Of a stretch of 64,000 nucleotides of DNA, positions 22,460 to 47,082 are shown in pieces (position 1 is the first letter of the stretch; the number at the start of each line of letters is the position of its first letter). The translations under genes and the position numbers were made by a program. This stretch comes from Bugula neritina. Its lineage: Eukaryota; Animalia; Bryozoa. The notes under the pieces were generated by a model. The model did not search any database and was not told the origin of the DNA. It saw nothing but the letters and a program-made list of their open reading frames with translations. Where the stretch lies: assembly GCA_964035545.1 (NCBI GenBank), contig OZ037770.1, positions 8,748,973-8,812,972 on the forward strand. Direction: 5' to 3'.

Positions 22460-24450
22460 TAGAGTGGTTTTTGTTATTAATGTTATTTATTGCGTCGCCG
22501 AGAGTGTCAATATAGTCATAGTCATAGTGATCGTCAAATTCAATCACAATGACAATGTCATACTTATACTACTTATAGTTATACTTATAGTTATAGCCAT
22601 AGTGATAGTCATACTGAATAAGTCACTAATACTGACAGTGACTTACAGTTACAGTTAGTGTTACTGTTAGTGAATTACTCATACTGATACTCGTAGTCAT
22701 GCTGATAATGAGTGAACGTGACTGTCACTGAAGTATCAGTATAGTTACTAAATTGAAATACTATATCTATTAGTATTAATAAATTATTTTAGACTATCGT
22801 TATGATCATAATGATGATGTTGTAAGTGTGTAACTTGCTATCACTATTAGTGATTCAGTCTCAATATCCGATTCAGTGTGAGTACTAGCAGTTGTAGCTA
22901 CTATCAGTAGCTACAACTGCTACAACTGTGAGTATGAATATGACATTGACTTTGACTAAATATCACTATCAGTATGCGTATGAGTATCCGTATCAGTATG
23001 ATAAATTGATAGTCTCAGTATGGATACCACTAAACTATTGTCTATGGCTATGAGTGTCACTTAATATGAGTAACTCATTATAAGTAAGACTAAGATATTC
23101 AGATTAAATATTACTATCACATTCACTGTATCAGTATGAGTATAAGTAGTAGCATTACTATAACTATAAGTTTAACTTAAACTATATATACAAGTGTAAC
23201 TATCAGTATGAGTATCAGTATGAATATAACTTGAATTTCAACTTGTTGTCTATAATTAAATCTTACAGCAACGCAAAGTAATTTATTTAGTAAAAAATCT
23301 AATTCTGATGCATTATGATTATACTCGTACTGAATTAGTAATAGTAACTGTAATAGTTATAGTTAATGTTATGATAATAGTAAAACTAATACTTATAACG
23401 AATCTAAATGTAATGCTTTTACTAATATTAATAGTTATGGTGATAGTAATACTTATGCTAATTGGTAATTTATAATTAAGTAGTAGTAATACTACTATTA
23501 AATTTAATGCTAATAGTAACATTTATACTTTTATGTTATTTCATATTTAATTTTATTTGTAGTAGTAATACCATGACTGATTCTTATACCAATACTCGTT
23601 ATTTTATTTTATATTACTAACCTCCTCACCTATCTCCTCTTTGTCCTGTTTAGGTAGTAGGATTTTATTTTAATGATAGTTATTCTCTACTCTGTTGTTA
23701 TACTAAAACAAATACCTATACTATGACATTGTTATTATACTTAGTATAACTATAAGTATAAATACTCATATTATTATAGTTATAATTATACTCATGAGCT
23801 ATAGTTATAAGTTTAAGGATGAGTATGTTTACAGTGTCAGTTAGTGGCTAATAACTATAATAGTATTGCTATTAGCTATTTATTATTGATGTAAACCTAC
23901 ACTTTAAGGGATAAAGATAAACTTTGAAAAACTTGTTTTGATTTTGATATTTTCATCTCTATTATAACCCCTAATAGTAAGGGTTTTTAAAGCAAGCTAC
24001 AGACTTGTTTCTGCTGTGGCACACAAGTAACTATACTGTGATTGATTGCTCTTCCTTTACTGGGATTTGGATCATGACCTTGGACTTACTGAGCCATCTC
24101 TAGATTATTTTAATAGTATTAATAGTATTAGTAATATTAACAGTGTTAATTATTTGTCTTTGGACTTGGAGTTGATGTCATATACAGCTGAATATAAGTA
24201 GAGTAGTAGTAGTATAAATATGACTAAGTTTAACTAAGACTAAGTTGTGTTAAGTATAGCATCCAGTATAAGACTGAGTATAATTTTATTATCAGGTTAA
24301 TGTTTGCTACTATTTTAAGATTTGTCTGTTGTTAGGTTCTATAGTAATACTAATGCTAGAAGTCGCAATTGGCAATTCTTGTCAGTGTGATTGCCACTAT
24401 TACTTATAGTATTATAATTGTAATACCTGATAATGTATTTATAATGTATC
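22460..24450. repeat. Cryptic hexamer/triplet-periodic low-complexity tract
   Basis: Degenerate units such as atagtc/atagtg/atactt/atagtt/gtatga/gtatca; yields spurious I/V/T-rich ORFs. Confidence 0.6.
23621..23662 (-). mobile_element. ~42-bp micro-interspersed element, copy 2
   Basis: Minus strand tcctactacctaaacaggacaaagaggagataggtgaggagg; flanked by attttatttta direct repeats. Confidence 0.6.
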
Positions 24451-26377
24451 ACAGTACACTCTACAGCTTATATAACAAGTACTGCGATGTTGGCACTAAG
24501 TCAAATTAAATAGACAACGAGAAACAAATTGTAATACCATTTTAATTTCACTTTTCTCAATTTAAATTTTAACTTCAAATTTGCAAAAATAATCTTGGTG
24601 ATAATCCTAACGTCAATGTGAATGTTATCAGATGGAAATTAAAAAGAAATTCATATCAAAAACTAAATTTTAATTTCGATTTCACTATGAAATAGCAAAC
24701 ATGACTATTCCTAATAATTGTGAATACAGCTTTAAAACATTGCTTCACTTGTAGTTATATTGATATTCATTAGATTTCCGCATTGCTCAAACTTACCCCT
24801 ATGATGATGATATATTGATGATAATACTTATGCTGGTAATGAGTAATTGAGGTTTCAATTGAAATCATATCCAACTAAATTGATATAAAATAATTTTTGG
24901 TAACAGTTTGTGAAATAACTGATCAGTGTGCCGATATTGATAAATTATTAAATAACTACAATTGCTATTACTTTCAACTGTTGCTCGTCATTAGTCAGCC
25001 ATGATTGCTTTAAATGTTTACCATGATGGGTATTTATTATTCAATGAAATGCTTTTTCATCTGATTTGACAGTTTGAGAGTTGGAGGTTTTAACTATTTC
25101 TACCTGCACAGTAAAATCCAACCATTTACAATATGTTGCACTTATTAGCTTTGAGGAAGTTGAATTCTAAGTTCATCATTCATAACTGTATTTTAGCAAC
25201 ATAATTTTCCCTGTGAGATCAACACATTGTAATTTAATATAACTGTAGTAGTGTGCTCTATGGTCTTCTACACAAATCAGGCAACTCCCAGGTGTGGAAT
25301 ATTTTATTTACTGCTATTTTATGATGTGTATTATGGTCGGGTTATGGAGCTTGTTTTACCAGTTATATAATAGCTTACAATGTTGGCATTAGGCTTTCAA
25401 TTTAGCTTCCTATGCCTTGAGTTGTAGGAATTTTCTCCATGTTTTACAGGGTTGGAAGTTGGAAGGTATTTTAGATTGTGTAGAATACAGCTTACTACTT
25501 TATTTTATTGCTAGAAATTGTATAAATAACTATAAATGTTCAAGTGGAGAAGTTTTGTTTGATTAGTTACTGTTTTCCATATCATTGTAAGGATAAATGT
25601 AACCTGACTAGAATTAAAACAAACACTTGGTAAATTAAATTATTGTTTTGAATTATGTATGTGTAGTTTAGGACTGGTTTTGCACCAAGTGTTCAACATA
25701 GACCAATTACTCGAATTGTGCATCACATTTAATTGTTTGTTGAAAGTGGCGTAACCTTAGCCCTAAAATGTTATAGTTAAAATAATGACATTTGTGACTA
25801 TTTCTCATTTTATTTCTTTTACATTTTATTTTTCAACTCATAAATAGTAATGCCATTTGAATTAGGAGTGTGCCAGCTTGCAAAATTGTGTTTAGGGTAA
25901 ACGTGTTTTAGCAACGAAATTTTTTTTCGATTTTGGAACGCATAGAATGTAAACTCCATAACAATGAGCTGCAATATATCATATGACCTGACAATGTTGG
26001 TGTATTGTTTATAGTTTATGCAATCAAATTGTTACTATTAGCTCAATATTTGTTAATTAGCATTATTAGATTTGCTACACTGTCTTATTGTTCACATAAT
26101 CTAAAAGATTCATAGTTTCACTTGTCTTATGTGTTTTGATGCTGTTGAAATCTAACTTTGAATTTAGGATGGATAAATTTGTTCTAGAAAATCAGTTTAA
26201 TGTTGGCTAGTTTCTTGTAAGCTGCTATTTATTTGGCAATACAAGATTTATTTATATGTTTACATTCATGAATAATCTCTACAGCATATCTGTCTACTTT
26301 TACTTCTGCACTGAAGCAGCCCAATATAATCTAGTTTATTAAGTTAGCAGAGGGTCTTATACTCTTGTAGGAGCTGA

Positions 26378-29435
<3,058 letters not shown>

Positions 29436-32261
29436 GCTCAGCTTCTCCAATCATTGCTTACTAAGAGCTGGGGCTATGCACCGACAAGCTTCAATGTTCA
29501 AACAACATGCGACTATTCTTCTAATTTATACACATATTTCTAGCTTTTATAGACCCTCTGTTTCCAGCTTGTTATGTACTGCAGTAGTCTAATATGACAG
29601 ATTCAGAATAAGTTTCTCAGCCTGGAAATGGTGCTTGCAGTCAACTGTCAATGTTCTCACTTTAACTACTCCTAGAAAATATCATACTACTTGCTCTCTA
29701 TATATTACACTAGTTGATGTCATGAACTTTGAACTTAATTAATTAGCTGCCAGTTATCATACTACAAGTGACCTTTCTTCTCCACTCCTCAAATTGGTGG
29801 GTTGAAAAGATATTATGTTGGTTTAAGCATGGCTTGTTAATTTATACTTGTAAGGGTTCTGATTGCAAAGATCAAATGTATGTGAAGTTGTTAACAATTT
29901 TATACAAATTAAGATTTCTGGGAAACGTTCTGCCTGGTTAATCAATTTATCACATTGTATTATTCTCTTGTAACAAAATATAATATAACTACTCTTTATC
30001 ATCTTATTGTCTTGTTTATTCTTTAAATTTACTGCGGTTCTATTATTTCCATGGATGCTCCTACGGATGAATTTGTGGTTACAGTTAGCGTGAACTTACG
30101 GTTGTGGTGTCATTCGGTGCAACTGTTTTCTAACATTAATGTTGTTCAGTATTGCAAGTGAAAAGTTTTAAATTATCTAGAAGTTCATTTCCATAAAAAA
30201 ACTGCAAGTTCAAGTGTAAAAATGATTTATTAATCATTTTAAAATAGCTGGAGCATGCTATATCTTGCTGCAAAGGGATAGTCCTAAAATAATATGCTTG
30301 TAGAATCATGGAAATCTTGCTATTTACAATTATCTAATACAGTGTAGGAGTTGTGCTCCCTGGAATCATTCATAATGCATGAGGCAAACAACTGGCAATT
30401 ACTCAATAGTCACACATTGGCAGCATGTACGTATAATGCTTTGAGGTTACTCGTAATAGAGAAAGTCATATTTGCAAAGGCTAGCAACTGTGCAATAAAC
30501 TAGCACTTGCCTACTCTTTTGTACACAGTACACTGAGAGTACAACTCCTACTTCAAATCAGTTTTATCGAAATGCTCTACAGCATAATATCAATAAAGGT
30601 GACTGTTGCACAAAATAACAAACAACAACATATTTTATACACAATATATATTATTAAGGCAGACAAATCCCCCTCCCCGCAATGTGATAAACATTATTGC
30701 AGATTATTATTATTTTCAACCTAATGTGTGCACTCAGTATGGGACGAACACATTGTTATAATCAAATCTATTAACTATGGTGATGATAAATGACAATGCA
30801 CATTATTATAATCTTTCAACAAGTTGGTACAGCTTTTGACTATAAACTCATGGTATTACAGTATGTGCGTGCATTGCTGTAGTACGTGAGCTATAGTGTG
30901 TGTAGCCTATAGTGCTGTAGTGTGCTATATATACATGCAGTGCATGCATATAACATAGTGTACCTCAGTACATGCATGTGTATGAAGTGTAGTAGTTCAC
31001 ATCATGCTGTGGTGTACTCTAGTGTGTATATGTAGTGCTGAGTGAGTGACTACGTAGATACCATGTACTATAGTGTTTCAATCAGTACATGTTACTGGGG
31101 GAAACTTTCTCTTACATTGAAACTAATATGCTAAAAAGTGATCTGATAGTGATTAATTGCACTGCATTTTATATATTATACACTATACAACATAATACAT
31201 TATAAGTTGAAACAACATATGTGTGACTCAAAAGCATTTAGATATGTGATAAACCCTTTATAACTATAGCAACAAGTAAAGTGGGCAGTTTTGACAACAA
31301 ACTTTGGTATGCATGAAACTTCCACCTTCAATAATAATTTATAACAAGGTAATAATAATATCACAATGTATTACTATAATAATAGGACTAGTTTATATAT
31401 TTTTTGTTTATAATTCACATGGCTACCCTGTGAGTCTTTCTCATTTTCAGTATTTACAAAAGTGTCGAAAATACAAACATTATTTGAGTCGTTTTCAAAA
31501 CAAACCTTTATTGATTTTTAGGTCAAACAATGTTGTCAAGTACAACTGCTAAGACACATCTATGAATAAGGTGATTCTATTATAAACTTTTAAGAGGCTA
31601 TTTAAACAGAACTTAGAAAAATACTTGACATAAATAATCATTGTTTGATATGTCAATATAGCATACAAGGAGATTGGAGAATATATTACTCTGTCATAAG
31701 TGGTGTGTTTGAATACAATATTATCTTACAGCTAGTTTTAAATTCAAGTTATCAGTTTATTTATAATACATGCAGTACAGTACAGTCAGCTCTGAGAATA
31801 GATGGCAATACAAAGTAAGTTAGAACAGTTCGATTATTTTTCTTATAGTTAAGCTACTTATAACTATAGTTTACTTTTTGGGAGAATCGCCTATATTTTT
31901 TTATATTATGCTAATTTAGCTTTGTACTTTTCCATATAGACTAATCATAGTTACAATATGTAATATAGGGTAAGCAACAATATGCTGATAAAATAAATGT
32001 GTCCAGGATTGTTGATGGACTTTTTATGACACTCAATTTTCTTATCGGTATTTAGTGTCTACAGGAATTAACTTTGGGATTAATTGGAGCCTAAATAAAG
32101 ATCATAATTATATGCTACATTTTTTCCAATGTTCACTTTGATTGTGAGAAATTGTAATATTTAGGTTAATGCTGGAGCATGTTTTTCTCACAGAGCTAGT
32201 GACTTATATAAACTTAGTACAAGAGGTTTAAATAGTATAGCATACCTGTAGTATATATATA

Positions 32262-32518
<257 letters not shown>

Positions 32519-32870
32519 AGTATATGGAGATATAGTACAGCATATGTGTAGTGTAGGTATATGCTATAGCATATACACTAATGATGTATGTTTCAACCAT
32601 GCAGAATGTTTCGATGTAGATTGTGATATATTTGACTGGGAGGAACATGTTATTTACTTGTTGGGTACTTTGTTTTAGTAGTTTCGATACCGATTTTCAC
32701 TTTTCAATAACTTTACAATTCAGAAGCTTTACCAAACTGCCTCTTGACAGTGGAGCATATTATTCTAGGCTGTGCTGTGTAGCTATGCAGTTGATGAAAT
32801 GTGCAACAGTTTCTGTGTATTTTGAAGGCAAGTTGCAGATTAGCAATACCTGAAGATTAATTACAAAATA

Positions 32871-35782
32871 ATGATGGATAATGACTTCTCCATAACAGGA
32901 AATGATTTGCTCATGATTAGAGCCAGTTCTCTTTCAAGTAAGTATTAATATATTACTACTCGTGTGTCATGTGCCTTATAGTGTGATGTGCTTCTATTGA
33001 TATAATTAGATATGCATATTATGTTATTATGAATCATACTGTATATTGTGATGTAGAATATAAACTATATGTATATTATACCACGTGTGTATGACACCCT
33101 TATAAGAGACATGTGTAAACTTACGATCAGGTTGCAAAACTTTGTTAGGCTTTACGTGCCACCAGCAATTAACTATGCAGAAAAATATTTACATAGAAAG
33201 TGTTGAAGAATCATTTACATGAATATGATATCTTGTATTGAAAAGGTATGGCAATGTATAGGTTATTGTTTCCTCATGCAGTGTGCAGTAATGGAGAGAT
33301 TGAGAAAAGCCTGTGTTCTGAATTCGAAACGTAGCAAAAGAAATTATGTTTTTGCAAAAATTTCAACCCGAGCCCATGCAAAACCAAAATTTAATAAAAA
33401 CAGTAATACTTATAACTTAGGCTATCTCAATTTCTCCACTATTGCTCCTAAATGGTTTTCACAGTGTATACTTTGAATATTGGCATATTATGGTATAATT
33501 ATATTGTACACACTAGCAATCGAATGTAGAAAGATAATACTCTGCCACATTTTGCAGTACAGCATGTGTGCAAAGTAACTGAAATAATATACATCACAGC
33601 TAGATTAAACTGCATACAAATACATATCAATTTTCAAATTTCCTTATGCAGGTCAAATGTACAAACTTGGCAATTATTGAAACCCATATCACATAATAAT
33701 CATGGTTGTTAGGATCAAATGTGTAAATGTTTGTCATCGATATGTCAATTTGATAACCTCATGCTTGGTTGCAGGGAATGGACAGACGAACTTATCTAAG
33801 TCAAGTCATAGAAGTCGAATTAAACATAACTGTGAAGTTTTGGGTCCGTCAACATGCCAACATTGTCGGGAATCCAATTCAAAAATAATATTACCAAATA
33901 AAAGGTAGACAACTCTTGTGTTTTAATTAATATTATATTTTGTTTTTGCAATTCTTTAATTACACAAACTTTTCTATTTGTCATGCATAAAAAGTATAAT
34001 ATATTATTGTGCTAAGAATAGCAGTATCACAAGTTTGTGATATTCAAATTTATTATAGTACACATGGATAATCTGTTAATTCAATACTTAATGCATTTTT
34101 CTATTCATCGTAAGGTAGCACACCCTAAATATATAGACTCATTAATTTTGGTTCTGAAAGCCTGTAAATATTAGCTTAGATGTAAGTTGTCTACACCGTA
34201 CAACTGCATTGTAATGATTTTCATCTATTAAAGTAATTAGAATATAAAGCAAAACCAGTAGTTTTATTATTGAAATAGATCCGCCAGCATGTTAAATAGT
34301 GCATATATAGTTGCAGTATACTAGTTTTAGTTCTGTAGATAGTTACTGCATGATAAGTAGTCTGGCTGTACAATAAAGCAATCACATTCCAAACTTAAAC
34401 CCCAATCTTAATTTAAAAATCTTAGGCTATAAGCAAATAACTTGTAAGTTTTACAAGTAGCTGTACTATAGTAGAATTTAATAGCCATTGCATTATATGA
34501 TCTTCTTATTCTACGATTATAAATACCATAAAGCTATATATCCTGTTAATCATTCACCTATGATCAGAAAGATATTAAAAGTATGGTTTTTGCCGGATTA
34601 GTGTTTGAGGATAATTAGTATAAGGCTCTAACACAAAGCGATTTCTTTGTAGGCTAAACAGCAGCCCCTCACTGGTTAATTCAGAACTATTTATGGTCCT
34701 TAGGCTAAAGCGGTATTATCCAAATGACTCGCAGGTTTGTAAGAAAGTTGATATTCTAATTATTTCTCAATATGATTATATAGTAGAGCCCAGGGCTCCA
34801 TAATGCTAGCTTATATAATGTATATAATCAGACTTTCTAGCTAAAAAATAGAATAATGAACTATATTTCTATATAACAGCATGTGCAAAATAGTATGTTC
34901 ATTATTTTTAAGTTATTACAACTGCATCCTGCAAACTCTATCCTTGTGGCAGAATATAGTTTATTATAAATGACTTCTAACTGGAATTCTAATTTTCTGC
35001 ATTATTTCTGTAATAATCATCGGGTGTAACTGTGATTGGTCAATGGCCTTATAACTTATTACAACTTATGATTACAAAATTGCATTGTAAGCTTTTAGTC
35101 TTCTCTCTGGTTTATGCAGGTTGAGCTTCACAGAAAATTAATTGATGGTAAAATATTACCTGCCACTTTGTCAAAAGAACTGGAACGAAGAAAACATGTT
35201 ATAGCTAACTCGGTAAAACTAGAGAGAATACCGAATAAAGAGACAGCACCCACTACTAAAAGTCAATATGGGTATTTCAAAAATATTCGAGACTTGGGAG
35301 AGAAAATATCAAGTGGAGTTATTGCCTGTCGTCCAGGTAGAAAACAGGAAACTAATTCTTTAGTAGAAAAAATGTTCCCGACATTTGTCAGCCCTAAAGT
35401 CTTTCTTCAGTCAACAGCGAAACCCACTAAGTTAAGCTCAAACAATCTTCAACCCCCCCTTCTTCCTCTCATATCTCAAAATTCGCCAGATAAATTCTTT
35501 GCAGGACAAAGAAGTAGTTTTAAGGTGCCACCTTCTCTACCAGTAAACTCTGACTACCTCCAGGCAGTGACCAGTATGACTAATAGCTCTCCGGTTGCGG
35601 AGCATTTATTACCTTCTAACTGTGCAAGACATGAAAGAAAAGCTAGTGGCAGCTTTAGAGATCAAGGAACAAGATCTGTTGATAAATTTGAAGATAAAGA
35701 AATGACAGAAACTGAAAGTAGAAACGGCTTGCTGATTCAAAGGCCTCCTTCCATACCAAACAGTCTAAGAAATAACTGTTAA
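32871..35782 (+). CDS. Uncharacterised protein, ~313 aa (exons 32871-32937, 33775-33904, 34653-34734, 35120-35782)
   Basis: Four GT-AG exons join in phases 1/2/0 into one ORF; HNCEVLGPSTCQHC motif near the N-terminus; S/P-rich C-terminal half. Confidence 0.7.
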
Positions 35783-35934
35783 CCCTCAACACTTTTAGTC
35801 TAAAAGCATTGTCTACAGTAATTACAAAAGTTTAACTCTAAACGTTGGTGAAGCTTAATTAGCCATGCAATGGTAACTAACTTTTATAGTAAATGTGCAA
35901 ATATTTGTAGTTTGGTGGTAAAACATATTTTTTC

Positions 35935-35936
<2 letters not shown>

Positions 35937-36014
<78 letters not shown>
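35937..36014. repeat. (TA)n microsatellite
   Basis: Direct inspection. Confidence 0.95.
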
Positions 36015-36017
<3 letters not shown>

Positions 36018-36500
36018 CCATATGTTATATTTGTTAAACTATATTGATAATAAAATATGCAAATATGGTATGTTAGTTGCCAGTTTTATTTATAACAATA
36101 GTATTTTAAATAATTATCTTCACAATAACAATGGGAATTTGTCCAGCTTGATGCCTGTGGAATTCTAACTTGTTCCAGTCAGTGCAAAAAACTAAACTTT
36201 AAAATATAGTTGTAGATATTATAAGTAAATATCACAGGTTGACACATTTACAGCTAAGCTTCAATATGAAAATTAAACTGCATTAATTCTTTTCTCTGAA
36301 AATAATGCATATACATGATTATAAACATAAATTAATTCAAAAATTTAGGAATATTAAAATAGCATGGTAACCTCTGAAATGAATATAAAGAGCTCCATTA
36401 ATAAAACTTATATTCTACGCACAACATTTCGGTCTTAACTAAACATTGCATATGTAATATAGAGGTGTCATTACATAAGATATTAGATGTTGAGAAAGTC

Positions 36501-43439
<6,939 letters not shown>

Positions 43440-46037
43440 TGCCAGACTGAGAAATAGAGACGTTAGTCAGCAGCCAACACTGGCTTAAATACAGTTGGTC
43501 AGCATACAGTCAGCCGTGCATGCAGTTGGTTCAGTCATGAGCCAACACACAACTAAATGAAGTGTCACTGGTAATTTGAATTCTTAGAGCTGAATGTAAA
43601 CATGCATATGCTCATCATTTATTATCCTTGAAAATGCAAAAGTTAATCAACCATAACGTCATTAGTCAGATTAGATTATTATTGGTGCTGCAACCCATAT
43701 AAGTAATTACATATAATGTTATGAATATCATCTATTGCATTAATATTTAATTTCAGTCGAAATTCTGCTGTTTCTGTTCACTTTTACAATGTGGCTATAT
43801 ACAAACGTATCATTTCATATTGCGATAGTATCAATTTCTGTAATACAGAATATTCTTGCATAATAATTGTCAGATTACTAAACCTCATGAACAGAACTTG
43901 ATCAAGTGGACTGTGTCATATACTTTATGCTATTTATCACTATGTTATATGTAATATAATAGAATAATACTAGAGCTTTATATGATTGGGAAACATGTAT
44001 CAATTTGTTTGATGTGGCACTAGATTGTTGACAAACTATAATCCAAGAGAAATCATAATGATCACATGTACATTTTACAATAATACTGCAAAGCATCATT
44101 ATAGTTCCTGTGTATTATAACAGTGCTTTGCTTATTTCTGCTTACTCTCACACTTTACTATTAGTGTTTGTTTCAGCACGAATGCTGTATGGGACGGATG
44201 CCTATGTATTGTGATTCACTTAATGAAGGTGAATGGATGGAGGACACAGAAGCAGGCCACAACTCAACCTTCTGCCTAATACCAACAGTTTATTTTTCTT
44301 AAAAAACTCAAACTGTAACCTATAACAGTAAAAACATCTTGTTGAATTAACATTAATCAACACAGCTACTTCTGACAGAGCTTTTAATTAATGAAATTAA
44401 AAACAAAAGATAGTATAATATTTACAATTATTTGGACAATAAAGTTTAAGTTGCCTGCATCTTTAACAAGAGGAAAATTGAGCTACACTGACTCATTAAA
44501 CAAAAGATACCAGTAAAAAGCTATTGCAAAAGCTTTCACAGAAAGCTTTCTTCAAACAATACTTTTCTTAAAGCTAGGGTAAAAAGCTCCTGCAACAGTG
44601 TTAGTTGTAATTGCCTTTTTCACATTGAATATTCTTATGTAGATCATAGTAGAAGCACACCTAGAACTAGTTTTAAGTTTGTGCTTTAGAAGTTTATAAA
44701 GTTCATGAAACACTATAAAAGTTTCAAGTTCCTCAGATGGCATAAGATGATTAGATACATTTCTACTGAAGGCGAATTAGTCATACTCATGAGATGACTA
44801 GGTATCACCCAAGATGAATAACTTAGTTTCTATTTTAGTTTGGGCGTCATTTTAAAAAGTTTGGGTGGCCTTCAAAAAAAAGTAGTGCAATGTAATTTGC
44901 TAATGCAACAGCCAATACAATTTTTATACTAAGTTTCACAAGAACCTTGCATAAGTCGGTTGTGTTACATAAGTAAGCTAAAGTCAAGCATCGATTGGTG
45001 GAAATATAACGGCAGCTTGCAACCTAATTTTGCGTGTAACGAGTTTACTAATGCCTGATGACACGTTGAGAATAATGACTGTTTTACTACTAGTTTTTAG
45101 CATTTGAATATGTAGACTACTTTAACTACAGTAGGTTTGCAACATTAACTTTCTGAAGAGTTTAGTGGTTTTAGTTGCATTCTCAAATAATTTGTAGTGT
45201 ATAGGCTAATAGTATTTAATGACAAAATGACATATAGCCAATTTCAGTTTCATACCCGGGCAATAAATTTATTTTGCTTTGGCTCCAAGATCTAGGCCTG
45301 ATAAAACAGATCATATAAAATAAAATTGTGAGTTCAAGTGTGCTTGGCATGTGTACATAAGAATTCTAAGAGATGCCACCTGCAGATTGCTGTGAACTGA
45401 CAAGATTTCTATTAACTAATTTGTTCACTGGTTTTCCAGATTAGCAATTGGTCACAACTCCTGTATATTGCATTATTCAAAGTATGCAGGCAATACTTCT
45501 CTTTCCCTATATACATAAATAAGATAATATGCATATATAGTGCTACATTTTTATCTGTCATATTTATTGTTCAAATAGGAGAATAGACAAAACATATTTG
45601 TTTAAAAAACAGATGAGTAAAACCTGCAGCACCAAGAGACACAGAGCTCATAAATTGAGCTTTTTTGTTTACTTCTTGTGATCAACTTCTCGAATTAAGT
45701 GCGCCGTATAAATTTTTCCTCCATTTCTTTTAGCAAAAAATATTGTTATAATTCTAGCAGCATATACACGTATGCAAAGTATTTCGTTGCAAAATTGTTA
45801 TACAAGATGTTGGTGTATGATTAAATTGATAAGATAAAGGTAGTGCTAATTCACATAAATAAGTAGCATTCACATGGGGCAGTATTGTATTGACATATTG
45901 CCATATGTCAACAGACAGGTGTTTTAAGGTGTCTCAAAATGTCTAATGGTGCTGCAGGGTCTGCTATATGGTCACAACAGAAATAATTTTATAAAGCCCT
46001 ACAGGCTACAGGTAGTCACCAATAGTAGTGTGTGGTG

Positions 46038-46044
46038 TATAAAA
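46038..46044 (+). promoter_or_regulatory. TATA box of the RGM-like gene
   Basis: GTATAAAAG about 170 nt upstream of a strong donor CAG|GTGAGT at 46211/46212. Confidence 0.5.
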
Positions 46045-46377
46045 GCACCCTGCAAAGGTCAACAGATATAGCATCTTCTAACAGTTGACATTAGTCTACT
46101 CACACAACGGCTTCAAGTAGATTCAATCAAGCTTACTGCTGAATCTTTTATTTACTAATAGGGTTCATAACTTGGAATCTATAAAGTCTAAGAATGTGTA
46201 ATGCCAGGCAGGTGAGTGCTATGCTTCAATTGCGTGCGTGGTATGTGGTAATAATAAGAATGAGATACGTAATATATTATCAGTAATATTCTTAGTATCA
46301 ATTACACTCTGACTAAGTTGAGATGTGAGAATATTATATCCGGTTTCCAGTTATCGAGTACACGAGTGAATGGTTTA

Positions 46378-46500
46378 GGGAGCAGGCCTTGTATAGTGGT
46401 TAGAGCACTAGCCTATAAAAAGCCAGGCCACAGGTTTCATTTATGATAAAGCCATTAATGATGTCAGGAAAATTTCTCAACTACTATTGCTCCTGCATGC
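46378..46500 (+). mobile_element. Degenerate tRNA-derived SINE
   Basis: tagtggttagagcac head and gccattaatgatgtcaggaa core shared with the family. Confidence 0.6.
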
Positions 46501-47082
46501 ATGTGCTCCTTGGCGTGTTATCATGGAGATGATGAAACCTTCAAGAAATATAAACCAATAGTCATATAACTAGATGAAGTATATAAATAAAAGCACACAA
46601 AAATCCACAACTTTTCTTTAAAATTATGTTGTGTGATGCTTCTGTTTACATAATCTTCAATTAGACAATTATCTGTTTGCAGCCAATACTTTACAGTTGA
46701 TGAAGAGCTTGTTTCTCATCATATACTCGTGATGACTTTAGAATCTTATCATATCAAATTATAACATAGACTTAAAGAAATTAGCAAGAATTTCTGCTTT
46801 TTATTATTGAAACAGAAAATATTATAATCATGACTAGTAATTACTGCTTTCTTTTTAATAAATTTATCTGTTATATGGGTGATGATTTCTACTTTTAGCT
46901 ATTCTATTTGTTAGTGCTTTTGTTAAAAAAATTGAAGTTCTAGCATAATTCCATGTTGATACATATTTTATCCAAAATTGAATTTTTTCAATTTCTATAA
47001 ATGTTAGTTTAACACATAACCCAACTTAAAAACCTGTTGTATTTTAAAGCTAGTGAGGAAAAACAGATTTCTCTTAGTGAAA

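Noticed and set aside
46194-46211. Upstream in-frame ATG as the start of the RGM-like protein
   Set aside because: It is in frame but would add 17 basic residues before the signal peptide; ATG 47083 was preferred, though the longer start is not excluded.
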